Shown: positions 25,001 through 37,141, counted from the first letter of the stretch. The stretch is DNA of 64,000 bases from Phoronis australis (GCA_002633005.1 NMRA01000127.1:767253-831252); one strand, 5' to 3'. The notes: generated by a model from the sequence alone, not told the origin. Program-made: numbers and translations.

Positions 25001-27490
25001 CACTATCTATAGTATCTTGTGTAAACGTTTAAAAACTTACAGACTATGAACTCGTCCGAAGCGTGAGATATCACAACTAATTCAGAATCCAGTAAAACAT
25101 CGTTTGCTGACTTGATTTCTAATATGGCGACCAGACAGCACCACCTAGTGTAGTGGCGAACGATGCGCGCTCTAACGACTNTGTTCACGTATCAGTTCCC
25201 AACACTGATACACTTGTTCATGTATCAGTTCCCAACACTGATATACTTGTTCATGTATCAGTTCCCAACACTGATATACTTGTTCATGTATCAGTTCCCA
25301 ACACTGATATACTTGTTCATGTATCACTTCCCAACACTGATGCACTTGTTCATGTATCAATTTTTCCTACTCAAGGGCCATGATGATGACTGCCTGTGAT
25401 GTTGCGGCCATTACCAAGCCATGGGAGGTACAGAAAAAAATCGCAGTTCTTGTCGCCAGCGAGTTCTTCGAACAAGGCGACATTGAGAAGGAACTCAAAA
25501 TCAAGCCAGCTGTAAGTTTTGTTGAGTTAGAATAACTTAGTTGTTAGTTGTAAGATATGACTTAAGCTGTGAATTATGTTACAAATTATAAGGTGACAAG
25601 TTGCAATGCAATGTTTAGACTTCTGCCCAGGAATTGTTACCAATATGCATCATTTTGTGAGTGAACAAATCACGTGATTTATGCGGTTCACTACTTATGG
25701 CTTGGCTACACTTCATAAAAGGGGAGGAGAATCTTACATCGTGTGAAATTGGACTGACATACATTTGTCTCCGAACTGGCGGCTTGTACTATACCCATGC
25801 ACCAGAAAATAGACGCGTGTAACTAGAGTTTGAATTTGCATTATTATAATCAACAGACAATGCTGTTGTGTTTTTATCAGTTTTGTTTGAATATACACAC
25901 TTGTCCACAGTTACTTCTTAACATGCATTTGGCCGTGACCATTTCTGCAGAGACATTTGTATTTCAGTTTTTGTTTTCACGCATTGTTCTCTAGAGTAGT
26001 TTTCTCACTGTTCCAGTCGGCATTTTCTCTAACCATCATCAGTGGTGGTTTAATCAAATTTTAAGCCTTGTGCGATACCCAAGTATTGATTGACCTCATC
26101 TGATGCTTACCCATAGTTCTGAGGAAGCAGTGTGGACTAGCGTTATATGTGCCCGCTTCAATTACTCAAGGTCGTAAGTTTGAGTCCCACTGGAGCACCC
26201 TTAAGTCAGTTCTCTAGCTACTCAGCTGAGTTTTAAACTACATATTAATAAAACATAAAAGTGGTTCTGTGTGTTCAATGCACTGGGTCCTCATGCACAG
26301 CCTGCGCAGGTCTCGTACAATGTGTACCCATAGTTCTCTGTATTTGCAGGATATGATGGACCGAGACAAGAAGGACCAGCTGCCTAACATGCAAGTGGGA
26401 TTCATCAACAGCGTTTGTCTGCCTGTTTATCAAGTAAGTGGGTGTCTGTTTTGCGCTGCTGTCCCGCGGGCCTTGAAGAATGAAATCAAGGACAAATGTA
26501 ACCAAACTTAACTGTGCAGACACAAAATTTCAAGGCTGATCTAAAGTGGATTGGTCAGCTTTTGAGACCAGATTCGAATAAAGTTAAGTGGTCTCAGAGA
26601 CTTCAGAGTGTCTTCAAGTATTGGGCAAGACCATACTAGTGTTGCAAGAGATCTCACTTGTTTCTGTGCGTGACTTCCCAGCAAAATAACCCACACCCAA
26701 CAGTGCACCTTGCAGGAGTTTTTTGACCATATCAGGTGATCATCGCAGTTGATTTCTTAAAAAGCGCTGCAATACCCCCACGTCTATAATATTTTGTCCC
26801 CATATGTGAATTTATTTTAGATGCATTCAATGCTCTTGTCACTCTGCAGTGGTGGCCATTTTACAAGGTATACTCAAAAAAGTTGAAACTAGTGTGATCA
26901 CGAGCAACACTTTGTCCAAGTGGTTTACTTGTAAAACTCACAAGATACTATACTAGTTCTTACCCATTTAGCCTACAAGATGGTGAATAGATGAAATGCT
27001 ATTTTGTCAAATTTTGCGACAAAAATAAATATTACGGAAATTCTAGTCTTTTGTCATCTTGGTTTGTAGTGATCTGATATCAATGAATAATGTTTACTTA
27101 AGGTTTGACTTTTTTAATACAGTAATCCTCTTTGAAAATGGAGAAAAGGCAACTTTGGCAACTATTTTCGTATGAAATAAGAGAAAAATTACTGTAATCT
27201 TTTTGAAGGTTTGAAGCTATTGCCATCTAGTGGCAAGCATAGTTCAGTCAGTTGCCATCACTTCGTAACCATGAGGTTATGTCACCGTGCCCCTGTCTGT
27301 TTGTTTCCAGGCCATATCTAAGGTGTCGCCTCATCTCGACCCGCTTCTCAAAGGTTGTTTGAAGAACAGAGAGCACTGGCAGTCTTTGGCTGAGCAGGCA
27401 GCCAGGCGGAAGATGGCTGGAGAAAGAGAGCCAGAGAAACAACACAAAGATGGCATCGAACAACAGGATAGCTTCTTTGACGATGACTAA
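10001..27490 (+). CDS. PDE11A: PDE11-like dual cAMP/cGMP phosphodiesterase, 3' part (GAF-B plus catalytic domain); 5' exons not found in the window
   Basis: 13 GT-AG exons join in frame to 1503 nt: 10001-10071, 11372-11435, 12498-12689, 15594-15737, 15942-16088, 18347-18454, 20415-20524, 21221-21308, 23341-23441, 23779-23856, 24285-24420 (or 25376-25511), 26350-26433, 27311-27490. GAF motifs [27 protein letters not shown] and VNK..F...DE; class I PDE motifs [45 protein letters not shown]11 rather than PDE5/6 is judged from recalled similarity. Confidence 0.93.
11372..11435 (+). CDS. PDE exon ([21 protein letters not shown])
   Basis: cag/gtaaa boundaries; GAF motif. Confidence 0.9.
12498..12689 (+). 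CDS. PDE exon ([10 protein letters not shown]...[18 protein letters not shown])
   Basis: tag/gtaaa boundaries; GAF NKFDE-type motif. Confidence 0.93.
13988..14090. repeat. 33-bp tandem repeat x3
   Basis: ctttacagatagtccattgtgtaaataaaacta. Confidence 0.92.
15594..15737 (+). CDS. PDE exon ([17 protein letters not shown]...VLSYH)
   Basis: tag/gtaag boundaries; end of GAF-B and linker helix. Confidence 0.92.
15942..16088 (+). CDS. PDE exon (TMVVPSAQ...FHINYE)
   Basis: cag/gtaaa boundaries, in frame. Confidence 0.9.
18347..18454 (+). CDS. PDE exon ([20 protein letters not shown])
   Basis: cag/gtgagt boundaries; catalytic YHN..H motif. Confidence 0.95.
18726..19211. mobile_element. hAT-type MITE
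   Basis: TIR CAGGCCTTTAT...ATAAAGGCCTG with perfect 8-bp TSD CTCCTTAG (18718-18725 and 19212-19219); related copy starts at 37672. Confidence 0.88.
20415..20524 (+). CDS. PDE exon ([16 protein letters not shown])
   Basis: tag/gtgagt boundaries; HDxxH metal-binding signature. Confidence 0.95.
21221..21308 (+). CDS. PDE exon ([20 protein letters not shown])
   Basis: cag/gtaag boundaries; EHHH motif. Confidence 0.95.
23341..23441 (+). CDS. PDE exon (GNDIFSNL...[12 protein letters not shown])
   Basis: cag/gtgaa boundaries. Confidence 0.93.
23779..23856 (+). CDS. PDE exon ([26 protein letters not shown])
   Basis: cag/gtatc boundaries, phase 2-2. Confidence 0.9.
24285..24420 (+). CDS. PDE exon, copy 1 ([16 protein letters not shown]...[10 protein letters not shown])
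   Basis: cag/gtaagt boundaries. Confidence 0.85.
25182..25360. repeat. 30-bp tandem repeat (~6 copies) abutting a PDE splice acceptor
   Basis: Unit ACTTGTTCATGTATCAGTTCCCAACACTGATAT-like; shorter at 24213-24270 and degenerate at ~61390-61635. Confidence 0.9.
25376..25511 (+). CDS. PDE exon, copy 2 (same peptide as 24285-24420)
   Basis: aag/gtaagt boundaries; 4 synonymous differences from copy 1; lies just past the N at 25181. Confidence 0.75.
26122..26200 (+). mobile_element. tRNA-derived SINE head (degenerate)
   Basis: A-box-like tggactagcgtt and B-box-like gtttgagtccc. Confidence 0.4.
26350..26433 (+). CDS. PDE exon ([28 protein letters not shown])
   Basis: cag/gtaagt boundaries; invariant Gln. 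Confidence 0.95.
27311..27490 (+). CDS. PDE terminal coding exon ([13 protein letters not shown]...NREHW...FFDDD*)
   Basis: ttccag acceptor; N..W motif at the end of the catalytic domain; TAA stop. Confidence 0.88.
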   Translation, partial: AISKVSPHLDPLLKGCLKNREHWQSLAEQAARRKMAGEREPEKQHKDGIEQQDSFFDDD

Positions 27491-29615
27491 AGAAGAAGCA
27501 ACGAGTGACATCAAATGTCAAGATGAGCGTCTAACTAGCAGTGTTGAAAAGAGCGCCAGTTGAACATCTTGGAAGTGTAAGCTAATCGTGATGGAAGTCT
27601 TATCCACTAGAGGGGTTTGATGTCCTGGTATCTCCGCATGGCTGTAGATCGTGCCAAGCAAAGTGTAGGAAATGGAAGACACGAAGGTTGTTGAAAAGTC
27701 TCGGACTTTGTGTAAGTTGCTAACCGCGGGGTGAATGCTTTCTTTTGACACCAGCCATGGGAATGCGGTATCATCACTACCGCTGGCTGTGCTTAAAACA
27801 AATGAACATGGCATGATTGTGATTGCTGTTGTCGCTTTTTACATTGTGATATAAAGACACGTGATAGATTATTTTGGTAGTGCTTCTAGTACTGCTAGTG
27901 TATCATAACACATTGGTTCTGAGATATGTAGATTCTAATGTGGTAACAGATCATGTTCAGCCAGTGACTTGCAGCTTTCTTGAATTAACATGGGGGCAAT
28001 TTCAATCACTTTCTAAAATTCCTTAAAATTGCATTTGCATGCTATGGCCAAAAAGCATACTTTAGTTGGTTCAGGGAGGCATTCCAAGTAACTGACACGA
28101 GTTCATTTTTGACTTAAGTCTAAAATTTGTCCCAACTTTCAAACTTTGAAATTTCCATATCTGGTATGTTAGTCAAACTTGTGACAATACTTGTGTAAAA
28201 AAATTAAGTCAAATTTAATGTCACATTCTTGGAATTGAATTAAGTCAAATCGTTTTATTGTAAAATTGACTTAAGTACATTTAAAACTTGTTTTAGCTAA
28301 GTCAGTTTTCTTAGAGTGGACCCCTGGTGTACGAATAAAAACATTACCACACCCCTGCTCGATTTTCAAAAAAACAGAGATCAGAACTACACTTTTTTGG
28401 CCTAAAGATTTATTTTTATGGGGCCAAATAAATTTTGACTAATGATATTTTTAGAAACCTATTGGTTCTGATGGTAGGGTTAAAAAGTGACACGTGGGGT
28501 AATAAATATTTTCAAGACGAATTCTGTGGTAAAAATCATATATTGTAGATTTTTGATCATAAATTATGCTCCATGTCTTGTCGGTATTGTGATCTTATTG
28601 GGGAATCATACTGCTTGATGTGGGCCAGGGGTCTGTTTCTCGACTTATAAGACTGAAGACAGAAATTTGGTCTTACACTCCCATTTCACTATTACTGGGA
28701 AAAGGTTTACTCAAATAATTATGACTGCATCACACTCTACAAATAATTTATTGAAATTATGTCAGCAATTGGCTGTGATGCATATATTCTCAGATACATA
28801 GCACTTTTGTTCGAGTGAGATTTTATTATTTTTCAGAAATAGTTGTGTGGAGCACAAGGCCAAATTGCTTAACCTAAGTCTGAAGTCACTTATCATGAAA
28901 CAGGCCCCCTCTGTTGTGAGATACGTCAAACAAATATAATGAAGATATCCTTTCACATAACCTGCTGGATTACAGGTCATTTTTGGGTTTGAGGTTAATT
29001 GTTATTTTTCTAGGCCCGACACTTTACTCCGAGTTGAACGTAAAACGCAACTGTATTCCAGTTCTGGCCTTGGATTTTTGGCCCAGGTCTAATTTGCCAC
29101 CCATCAGGGCGACTTTGAAGCTTTGAGAATCACTTTTGCAACTTTTTGCAAAAATTGTTAAGTCATGATATTAACTTATTGATAGAGGTCTTTTCAGGCT
29201 GTGCTGCATATGGTATTTCTAGATATGGTGTTATCTCTCCTCTTTTGTGGCAATTTTGGGTGTTAGAAAAATACCTCGTGTCCGTGGCATAAGGTTACAT
29301 ATTTTTGTGTGGGGCATTGTTCTAAATGCCTCACTCTTCAGTCCATGTGTGTCTGAGGTGTTAAAAAATTGACAATGGAAATTATTTCACTTCTTCATTT
29401 ATCATGGGAGGTAAAACAAATTTTGTTTACATCAAATTCTGCATGGAATAGTATCATATTTCAATAAAACCTCTTCTATATTTGATATTTAGCTGGACTG
29501 GTGGAATATTGTAATGTTGTTGTACCAAGCTGATTGTATATAATGCTATAAATTATTTATATATAGTGTGGGGACTACAGGCAACCTGAAATTGCCTTCC
29601 ATGACATTAATTTAT

Positions 29616-30912
29616 TACTATGCGCCCACATATATATAGTGAGGGCGCATCTTGTCATCATCCCTGTTCCGGCATTCAACATCTGGTACTGCATCTTGCA
29701 AATACCTTGAGAATTGGGAGATGCTATTTGGTGAAACTGACAACAGATGGCGACAAGTTTCAGAGCAGTCCAACTACGGCATGTGTCCCCTAGTGGCAGT
29801 GTGATTTTTTTACGTTTGCCTTTGTATTTCGGAGTTCTTTGGTGGATTTTCATGAAATTCAGATTATATATTTTTATTAAAGAGACAGTAATGCCTTTTT
29901 ATTTTCGGATACATTTGATGTATTCCGAGTCACCAAGTAGCCATTTTAATTATTTTCGAGCCTATTTTTTGGCGTCCATCTCTCTATTTTCAAAACTGCT
30001 AAAAGTATCATAATTAAAATTGCCACTTGCTCCCTCCTAAAAGACTATGGATGATGTTGATTATTGTACAAGCCCAGCTGCTGTGGTGTTCCATTGTAGC
30101 AGTTTTATTTCTTGTGTCCTGGGTTTATGTTCTTAACCCATCGCAGGATTTTTGTGAAATTTGGCCTGTTTTCCTATGAATTTGGCTATGAGGGACAATT
30201 ATTTTTGGACGTATCAGATTACTGCTGTGCCTCCTAGTGACATTTTTTATGTTTGCCTCTGTATCTTCATAGTTACATGACAGATTTCAAGAAATTTGGC
30301 AAATAGGCATCTGTTAAGAGCATGGCGAGGTTTTCTCATTATCAGATTAATTCAGAATATTCTGCATCGCCTAGTTGCCATTTTCATTGTTTATAAATCT
30401 GTTGCTTTGAGGTCTGGGTCTCTATTTGCCAAATTACTTTTAGGATGATTATGAAAATTGGCATACACATTCCTAATTCATGGGCAGCGCAGCAGTGAAA
30501 AAATGGAGGGGGGCCCAGCCCCTATGGTGCGCCGCACATGGCTGATTTTGGTTACTGTAATTCCCTCTTGTGACAAGTTTATTCTATGCGTCTATCTTCT
30601 TAACCCCTTGCAGGAAAGTTGTTAATTGTGTTCCTATGAACATGGCTGGGGATGGCAACTTCCCACTTGTGCTGTGCTTCATAGCCGCAATTCTATTTTT
30701 ACATTAGTGTCTGTATCCTTAGAGTTCCTGGATAGTTTTTCATGAAATTTGTCAAATAAGTTTCTGTTAGGGAGACTGGACTTTCCTATTTTTCCCCAGG
30801 TTTGGTATATTTGCATCACTTAGTGGCCACTTTTATAATACTAATAAACTCCCATAGAAGCATACGGTTTGCGATGCAGCCATGGGCCATTCCAACGCTT
30901 TTCGTTGCTCTT
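29616..30912 (+). mobile_element. HINE/DINE-1/pearl-like non-autonomous Helentron-associated element
   Basis: 5' hairpin atgcgcccac...gggcgcat, internal degenerate tandem units (ctagtggc, gaaatttggc), 3' tttgcgatgca...caacg...cgttg stem-loop. Confidence 0.6.
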
Positions 30913-31487
30913 GTTGTTGTTTATTTGTCTGTGTTATGCCAGTCAAGTCCTGTGGCAGAGAACTAGCAATTCATTGACATACTCGTGTGAAAATGAGTGA
31001 ACTATTTCAGGGACAAAGTAGATGAGTTTTCTGACAAAGATTCTTTTGCAGCTGATTATATTATAGGTTTTCGAAATTCACAAAACCACTCCGAATTTTG
31101 TGTTGTTCAGAACCACAACAGGTCGCCCAAGGAAGGGATAAATGGTGGTTTTGAGGTTTCTTTATTGAAAGGAAATTTGTTCAATAATTTTAAAATTTTT
31201 ATGATCTAATGATATCTTCAAAGATATTGGGAGATTAGCTGTTCTGTATTTAAATTTTGATGGAGTGCTATCTCTCGAAATTGGACTATTTTAGGACTTT
31301 GTTGTTATATTGAACAGCTGTACCAGCAAGTTTAGTTATTCTTAAACAGCATTTTTGGCCAGCTTATAGTGTGAATTCAAACTGTCAGTGTGTTTCAGGC
31401 AGTTCCTTTCATTTGAAAAACAGTAGCAAAAGTTCAAATTTAAAACCCCCATGGAGATATCCGGCATCAGCCGACACTGAATAGGTA

Positions 31488-31752
31488 CGGTAAAATCTCA
31501 TCAATTTCGGAAATCTGAGTTTCCAAAATTGCCCTTTTATCATTTTTCAAGGTCACCCAATAAAATACGGACATGTCGCATTCGTTGACCTGTATATGGA
31601 AGTTTTCAAAATTTTGTGCGGTGGTAAATATAGTACTAAGCTTGAACGTAGTAAAGCACTAATTTGGTACAATATATGTCATATATGACAAAAGCTAGGA
31701 AATAAGGTCAGATGTTGGACTTATTGTGTCCCAAATTGCTGAGATTTTACCG
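31488..31752. mobile_element. MITE with CGGTAAAATCTCA TIRs; single ends also near 12388, 13962, 21352, 23188
   Basis: cggtaaaatctcatcaattt / aaattgctgagattttaccg. Confidence 0.6.
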
Positions 31753-33067
31753 CAGTTGAATTTGAGGTCCATTTTTCTTTTGATCTTGTAGAATGATTTT
31801 TGGTCAATATGTTAAACGTCTTTTGTTAAGTTATTTTAATGGAGTTTCACCATTTACTCTAGCATTATACTTACCCTACTTTGGGTCTATGGTCATGGTC
31901 CTGGGGCTTGTTTCAATAGAATTTTGTGACATTTTTACAGAGACTTACGGCAATTCGCACGAGTCTCCGTTTAGACTCTTTGTAAAAACGTCGTAAAGTT
32001 GCGACATTTTATTGAAGCAGGACTATTCTTAATTTATTATGATATTTATTGTTTTCCTGTTAATGACGTGGCAAAATCAACGATGTTAATTATTTGGAAC
32101 TGGGTTTTGTTTCATTGGGTAAGGTTAAGTATTTTCTTTTTTTCTACTCTGTACGTTCTTCCATCGTGTTTCTGACAATCTGCTTTGTTGTCATCTGTAT
32201 ATAACTGGATGGTTATTAAACTGAGAAACGATGTACGGACTTGTTTTTATTCTGTGGAATGTTCTCAAGTTGATGTGTCTGAAAAAAATCACTGCATCTT
32301 TCACTCCATTTGTTCCTGTGGACTGCATTCCACTGCAGTTCCGACATGTCAATTATAAAGCTAACAATTCCTGGCAACCAGTGCTCGTGAAAATGGAACC
32401 ACATTGATTATCCACCATTTCTGTTCCGTAGAGGTTTCGTGTCGCGCTTGGGATACCTATGAAATACAGGGAAGGAACGAGGAAAGGTGTATGTTGTTGG
32501 TAAAAGCATATAACAGACTCCAAGATTAACTGAATATACATCTAGGTGAAAAGAGATTCAATTTCACATTGGATTTTGTTCATTCTGTTTATATTAATAG
32601 TATCTGACGTGATTTATCGTCTGCAAGGTATATTTATATATATGCATTTACACGCCCACACATATTAGGATGACAACGCACATAACTTACGGAAACGTGG
32701 CCTCGTCGGCAGCCATGACCAAGACACTATCTTACACGCTTAGATCACCAGTAGCCCAGACACTGTCATAACTTTCAAATGCAGTCGAAATTTCTTTGGA
32801 ACAAAAATCCATTGCTCAATACTACGAGAAAATAAAAACACCAAGCAAGTACAAAGAAAACCTTTCCAAGCAATGAGCTTAATCTTATTTATTTAAGGAC
32901 TTTTAAAAACTTTTTTCGATCTACGGTTTGTAAGTCTGAATTTCATCAATGTCTTTACGAGTTATGATAGGCAAAAATCTTCTAAGTGTATTTTACTATT
33001 TGAGGATCGGATTACAGAGACAGACAACTTCAGGCTGCAATTAAATTCACTTAAATATCATCATTTC

Positions 33068-33645
33068 TTAAAGGCGAAGGCAACCTTTTTTCATGTCATT
33101 TTTAGCAAAAATGAGGTTCGTTGATTATCCCAGACATATTTTTCACTTATTTACTGCTTTTCGTAATTTAATTAATTACTCGTCGCCTACTCCAGAAGTG
33201 ACGTTTTGGGAGGCAAGAATTTCGCGCCAATTTCTTTTCATATAGTCTGACTGTGAGAGAAGTCGAGTCAGTCACTGTTCTATCTCGGTTGTGATAAGGT
33301 CGGTCGTCGTTTGCTTTTGTTTACGAGTCAGTCAACATGCCACGCTGTTGCTGCGTGCCGGTATGTACTCATTATCGTCTTACACGCGCTTTGGGTACCT
33401 TGCGTCGCTTTTCGAAGGACACACTTCGCCGTACTTGGCTAGCTTGTTCAGTATTAGGTCTGAGCAGAAGTGAGATAGCAGCCATCCACAATCGTTCCGT
33501 TCCTTATGCAGTTACTCGCTTCAACCACAACACAACTGTGCGCAGTTACGCTTCAAAAGGGTGTGCAGTACGCACTGCAAACGTTCCAGCTTCAACCACA
33601 CGTTCAGCCTAACTTTTCACTCCCATCAAACACGTTGAGAGCAAT
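33068..33645 (+). mobile_element. Left end of a THAP-encoding DNA transposon remnant (Kolobok-like)
   Basis: TTAA followed by AGGCGAAGGCAACC; MPRCCCVPVC...LRRFSKD.LRRTW at 33337 and frameshifted VCSTH at 33561 resemble a degenerate C2CH THAP domain; cut by an insertion and the N at 33657. Confidence 0.5.
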
Positions 33646-34272
33646 TTAGTGGCGGANGATCCAGGATTTTTATTCAAGGCTGGCCAGGGCAGATTATTAG
33701 CCACGATTTTGCACGTCACTAGCACACGGCGCACCTCCGAAGTGCCAAATGGAATCTGGGAGTGTTTTATTGAGGGGGGGCAATGATGTAAGACTGACAA
33801 TGTTGCATCGATTCGTGAAGAAAATGTCCCTGTATCGAATTTTCCAGTTGCCATTCCCAAACTGATTTCTTCGAAATATACGACCTGGGCTTTTATTCAA
33901 AGATTTTATAGTATGTTTGCTTTATTCAGCCTGAGGAATCCGGTACTCTACAACTCGCTGGTTTCCTTTGTGCCGCTAGGTGGGGCGGTAGCCACTGGGC
34001 TAAGCACGCAGGGAACCAGCGAATCGTGAACAATAGCTGGGTTGCGTAACACTGTCTCGCGAGATCAGCGAGAACGTCACTTTAACCACGCGCACTTTTG
34101 AAATCTTGCTTCGTCCATCGCGGAAATCTTTATATTTACAGCAGAGCAGATATGAGGCCTCGTGAGAGATGCAAGAAACGAATCAGGGTAAGTTGAATTT
34201 TTTTGCACTTTCCACCATTTTTTGCTTTTCACAGACCGAATTACATGGTTATCGGACGATCCATCGCCAGAC

Positions 34273-35197
34273 GTAGGCAATGACCATCGCCTCTGTTGGC
34301 CCGAAGCAGAGGCGATGCAGAGGCTAGCCTATAGGCGCTCTGTACGCCGGAAGCTTTTCGACGAATTATGCCTCGCACCGACTAAACCATCAAAGTCACG
34401 CTGTTATAAATACCTTTTGCGCATAGAGGAACACTTTAGGAGGTTGTCGATGTGTTTAAGTCCTTCCAACTCGAACAAATACTCCCGTTATGAAACTTTT
34501 TCTTCGAGCAGTCCCTATTTCAGTTCCCAAAATCGTGAAATCAAAATTTTCATTTTTTTTAACCAGGCCGAAGGTCAGATGTTACGATCCTACCGGCGAA
34601 CTTTGAAAGCTGAAGTTCCCGCCCTTTGCGTATGTGCTGCCGGGAACCATTCGTGCCGTGTTGTTAAACATTAAAATGTCAAATATGTGCACAAAGACTA
34701 TTAAATGTCATATCAACAGCATTTATTTTTATCAAATACAAACAATAATTCATTGAAATACAAACAGTTTCAAGTAACGCCAATTAAAGACAAGTGGTGG
34801 CATTTTGGAAACGAACATTTGACTGACAAGACCGCAATGGCTCACCTTTGGCCTATTTAAAAATTTAGGTGATGAAGTCACATCACCTAGCGAGCGCGGT
34901 AAAAATTGGAGTGTGCGCAGTACAAAAATTTTGATTTCACGATTTTGGGAACTGAAATAGGGACTGCTCGAAGAAAAAGTTTCATAACGGGAGTATTTGT
35001 TCGAGTTGGAAGGACTTAAACACATCGACAACCTCCTAAGTTGTTCTTCTATGCGCAAAAGGTATTTATAACAACGTGACTTTGATGGTTCTAGTCGGTG
35101 CGAGGCATAATTCGCCGAAAAGCTTCCGGCGTACAGAGCGCCTATAGCCTCTACATCGCCTCTGCTTCGGGCCAACAGAGGCGATGGTCATTGCCTA
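34273..35197. repeat. Inverted pair of ~280-bp near-identical segments (34273-34550 and 34925-35197)
   Basis: Same peptide appears in ORFs 34222(+) and 34750(-); right copy stops at the N at 35198. Confidence 0.85.
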
Positions 35198-35263
35198 NGG
35201 GGGCTGAGGGGGCTTTAGCCCCCCACTTTTTTCAGCGCTGCACCGCCCATGATATATACCGTA

Positions 35264-35862
35264 TATAATACAAGGTATGACACTTGGGACTTGGAATTCC
35301 ACGGGTGCTTCACTTCTGCTGTCCATAGCAAACACATAAGTCAATAAATTTACACAAAACAGGTTCAACAAACCATGAGGAATTAATCTTTCTCCCAATA
35401 CCATTTACTGTGTCCTGCTCCGCCAAGTTCGCAAGAAATTCGCGGTCAAAGCACAAAAATCTTCAGAAAAAGCCCGTGGATACCGACTCCCGTGTCCCAT
35501 GGAAATTGCCGATTTGTCAGGAAATATCATAACATTGGTAACTCCACACTTATCCAGATCACTTCGTAACCTTTCATGACAAATCAGCAACTGCCATTCA
35601 TCCATAACTCATCGGAAAATTCCGTACCATCCTTAACCTTCGTGTGGGACATGGGAGCTGCTCTGCACAGGCTTTTTGGGAAGATTTTTGTGCTTTGACT
35701 GTGAATTTCTTGCTAACTCGGTGGAGCAGGACACCGTAAATGGTATTCGGAGAAAGAAAAATTCCTCATGGTTTGTTGAACCTCTTAGTTTTTTTGCTAT
35801 GGACTGCTGAAGTGAAGCACCCCTGGAATTTCTAGTCCGGAGTGTCGTAACTTGTAGTATTA
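35264..35862. mobile_element. Foldback MITE with ~230-bp imperfect terminal inverted repeats
   Basis: ~35264-35500 is the reverse complement of ~35645-35862. Confidence 0.75.
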
Positions 35863-37141
35863 CATGTGTATTGAGAACGATCAGAAGCTGAGGACGCCTG
35901 TGTAAGAATCATGCATACGAAGCCATGAATCATATTTATGAACCCAAAAATCCCGCATACAAACAAAAAATTTCTGCATACAAACAAAAAATTACACGCA
36001 ATGGGTAAAAGTCGAGTAAAGGGAGTCCCTCTTGAAAATGGCTGCCGGGAACCAGTTTTCACCAAGTAAGGGCAATGTCCGTTATTCTGTGAAAGCTGGA
36101 TCCCGGTAGCCCAGGCCATAACTGAATAACGGGCTTGTTTAGTGGATGAAACTGGTTCTCTAATTCAGGGACTGCTATATCCGACCAGTGCCTTCGACTT
36201 TTACCCAAAATGGCCTCCATCATCCAATTTCCACTGGAAAATGTCAGTAGACTTTATTCAGTGAAAACTGGTTCCTGGAAGCATGTGCTGTATGTTTACC
36301 GCTCCACCTGTTGTCACCATTTGTCCTTCCCCAATTTGGCTCTAATTCGCTCTCCCCAGTCACCATTAATTTGATGACGCACACGTCATGTGGTTCACTA
36401 AGCAAGATGACATGCCCAGAGCGCTGGATATTTGTGTTTGATATTCAAAATAGACTTTGAAGAGAATGTCATTGGCTTAGTGATTGATAATTACTGGATA
36501 GGAGAATTCGATTTAACAGAGGTGAGAACTATGTATTGGGTAATAGTTTGATAGGTGGGTCCCTCCATAACTCCAAAACTAGCAATCTGGTACCTCATTG
36601 GTTTTGTCTTTTATTAATACTGCCATCCAGGTGTTGGGCGGTTTTAGATTCGACGTCACAGTCTTCACCGTCGCATTGCTACCTCAAACCACCAATTTAG
36701 TTGCAGGTGAATTTTAGCTACAAATGCAAGTTCTATATAGACAAGAAACCAAAATGGCTGTTGGGAAGTGTTTGCACTGGTATAGCGGCAATGGCCATTA
36801 TTGAGTGAAAACTGGCTCCTGGCATCTGTTTTGGTTTTGTCATCATATTTTGTTTGAACAATAGCTGACATGTTAAAAAAGCTCAAGGACCAAATAAATA
36901 CAACACCCTTTTATTTTGGACATATTTGCTGCCCATTGCTTGACATTAGTATAAATTTTTGTATTTTCAGCTGTGGGTTTGTTTCTGAAAACTTCATTTG
37001 CATTTCCAAGGTTCCTGTTTGTTTCATTAAATGTTAGTCAGATTCAGATTGATAGGTTTTTGTTCTGTGTCTTAGTAGTGGTTGCATTTTTCCTGATGGT
37101 TTGATGGACAATCTCAGTGCACTTTGATTGATTACTTTCAG

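Noticed and set aside
25153-25399. Repetitive ORFs ([14 protein letters not shown])
   Set aside because: Translations of the intronic 30-bp tandem repeat.
26122-26200. tRNA gene
   Set aside because: Only degenerate A/B boxes, with no convincing cloverleaf; treated as a SINE head.
27491-27563. Stop-codon readthrough or extended PDE C-terminus
   Set aside because: An in-frame TGA follows five codons after the TAA; the open alternative frame has no supporting signal.
34222-35175. Two ~150-aa ORFs sharing a peptide as a gene pair
   Set aside because: The shared peptide is a by-product of the inverted repeat; no recognisable domain or splice structure.
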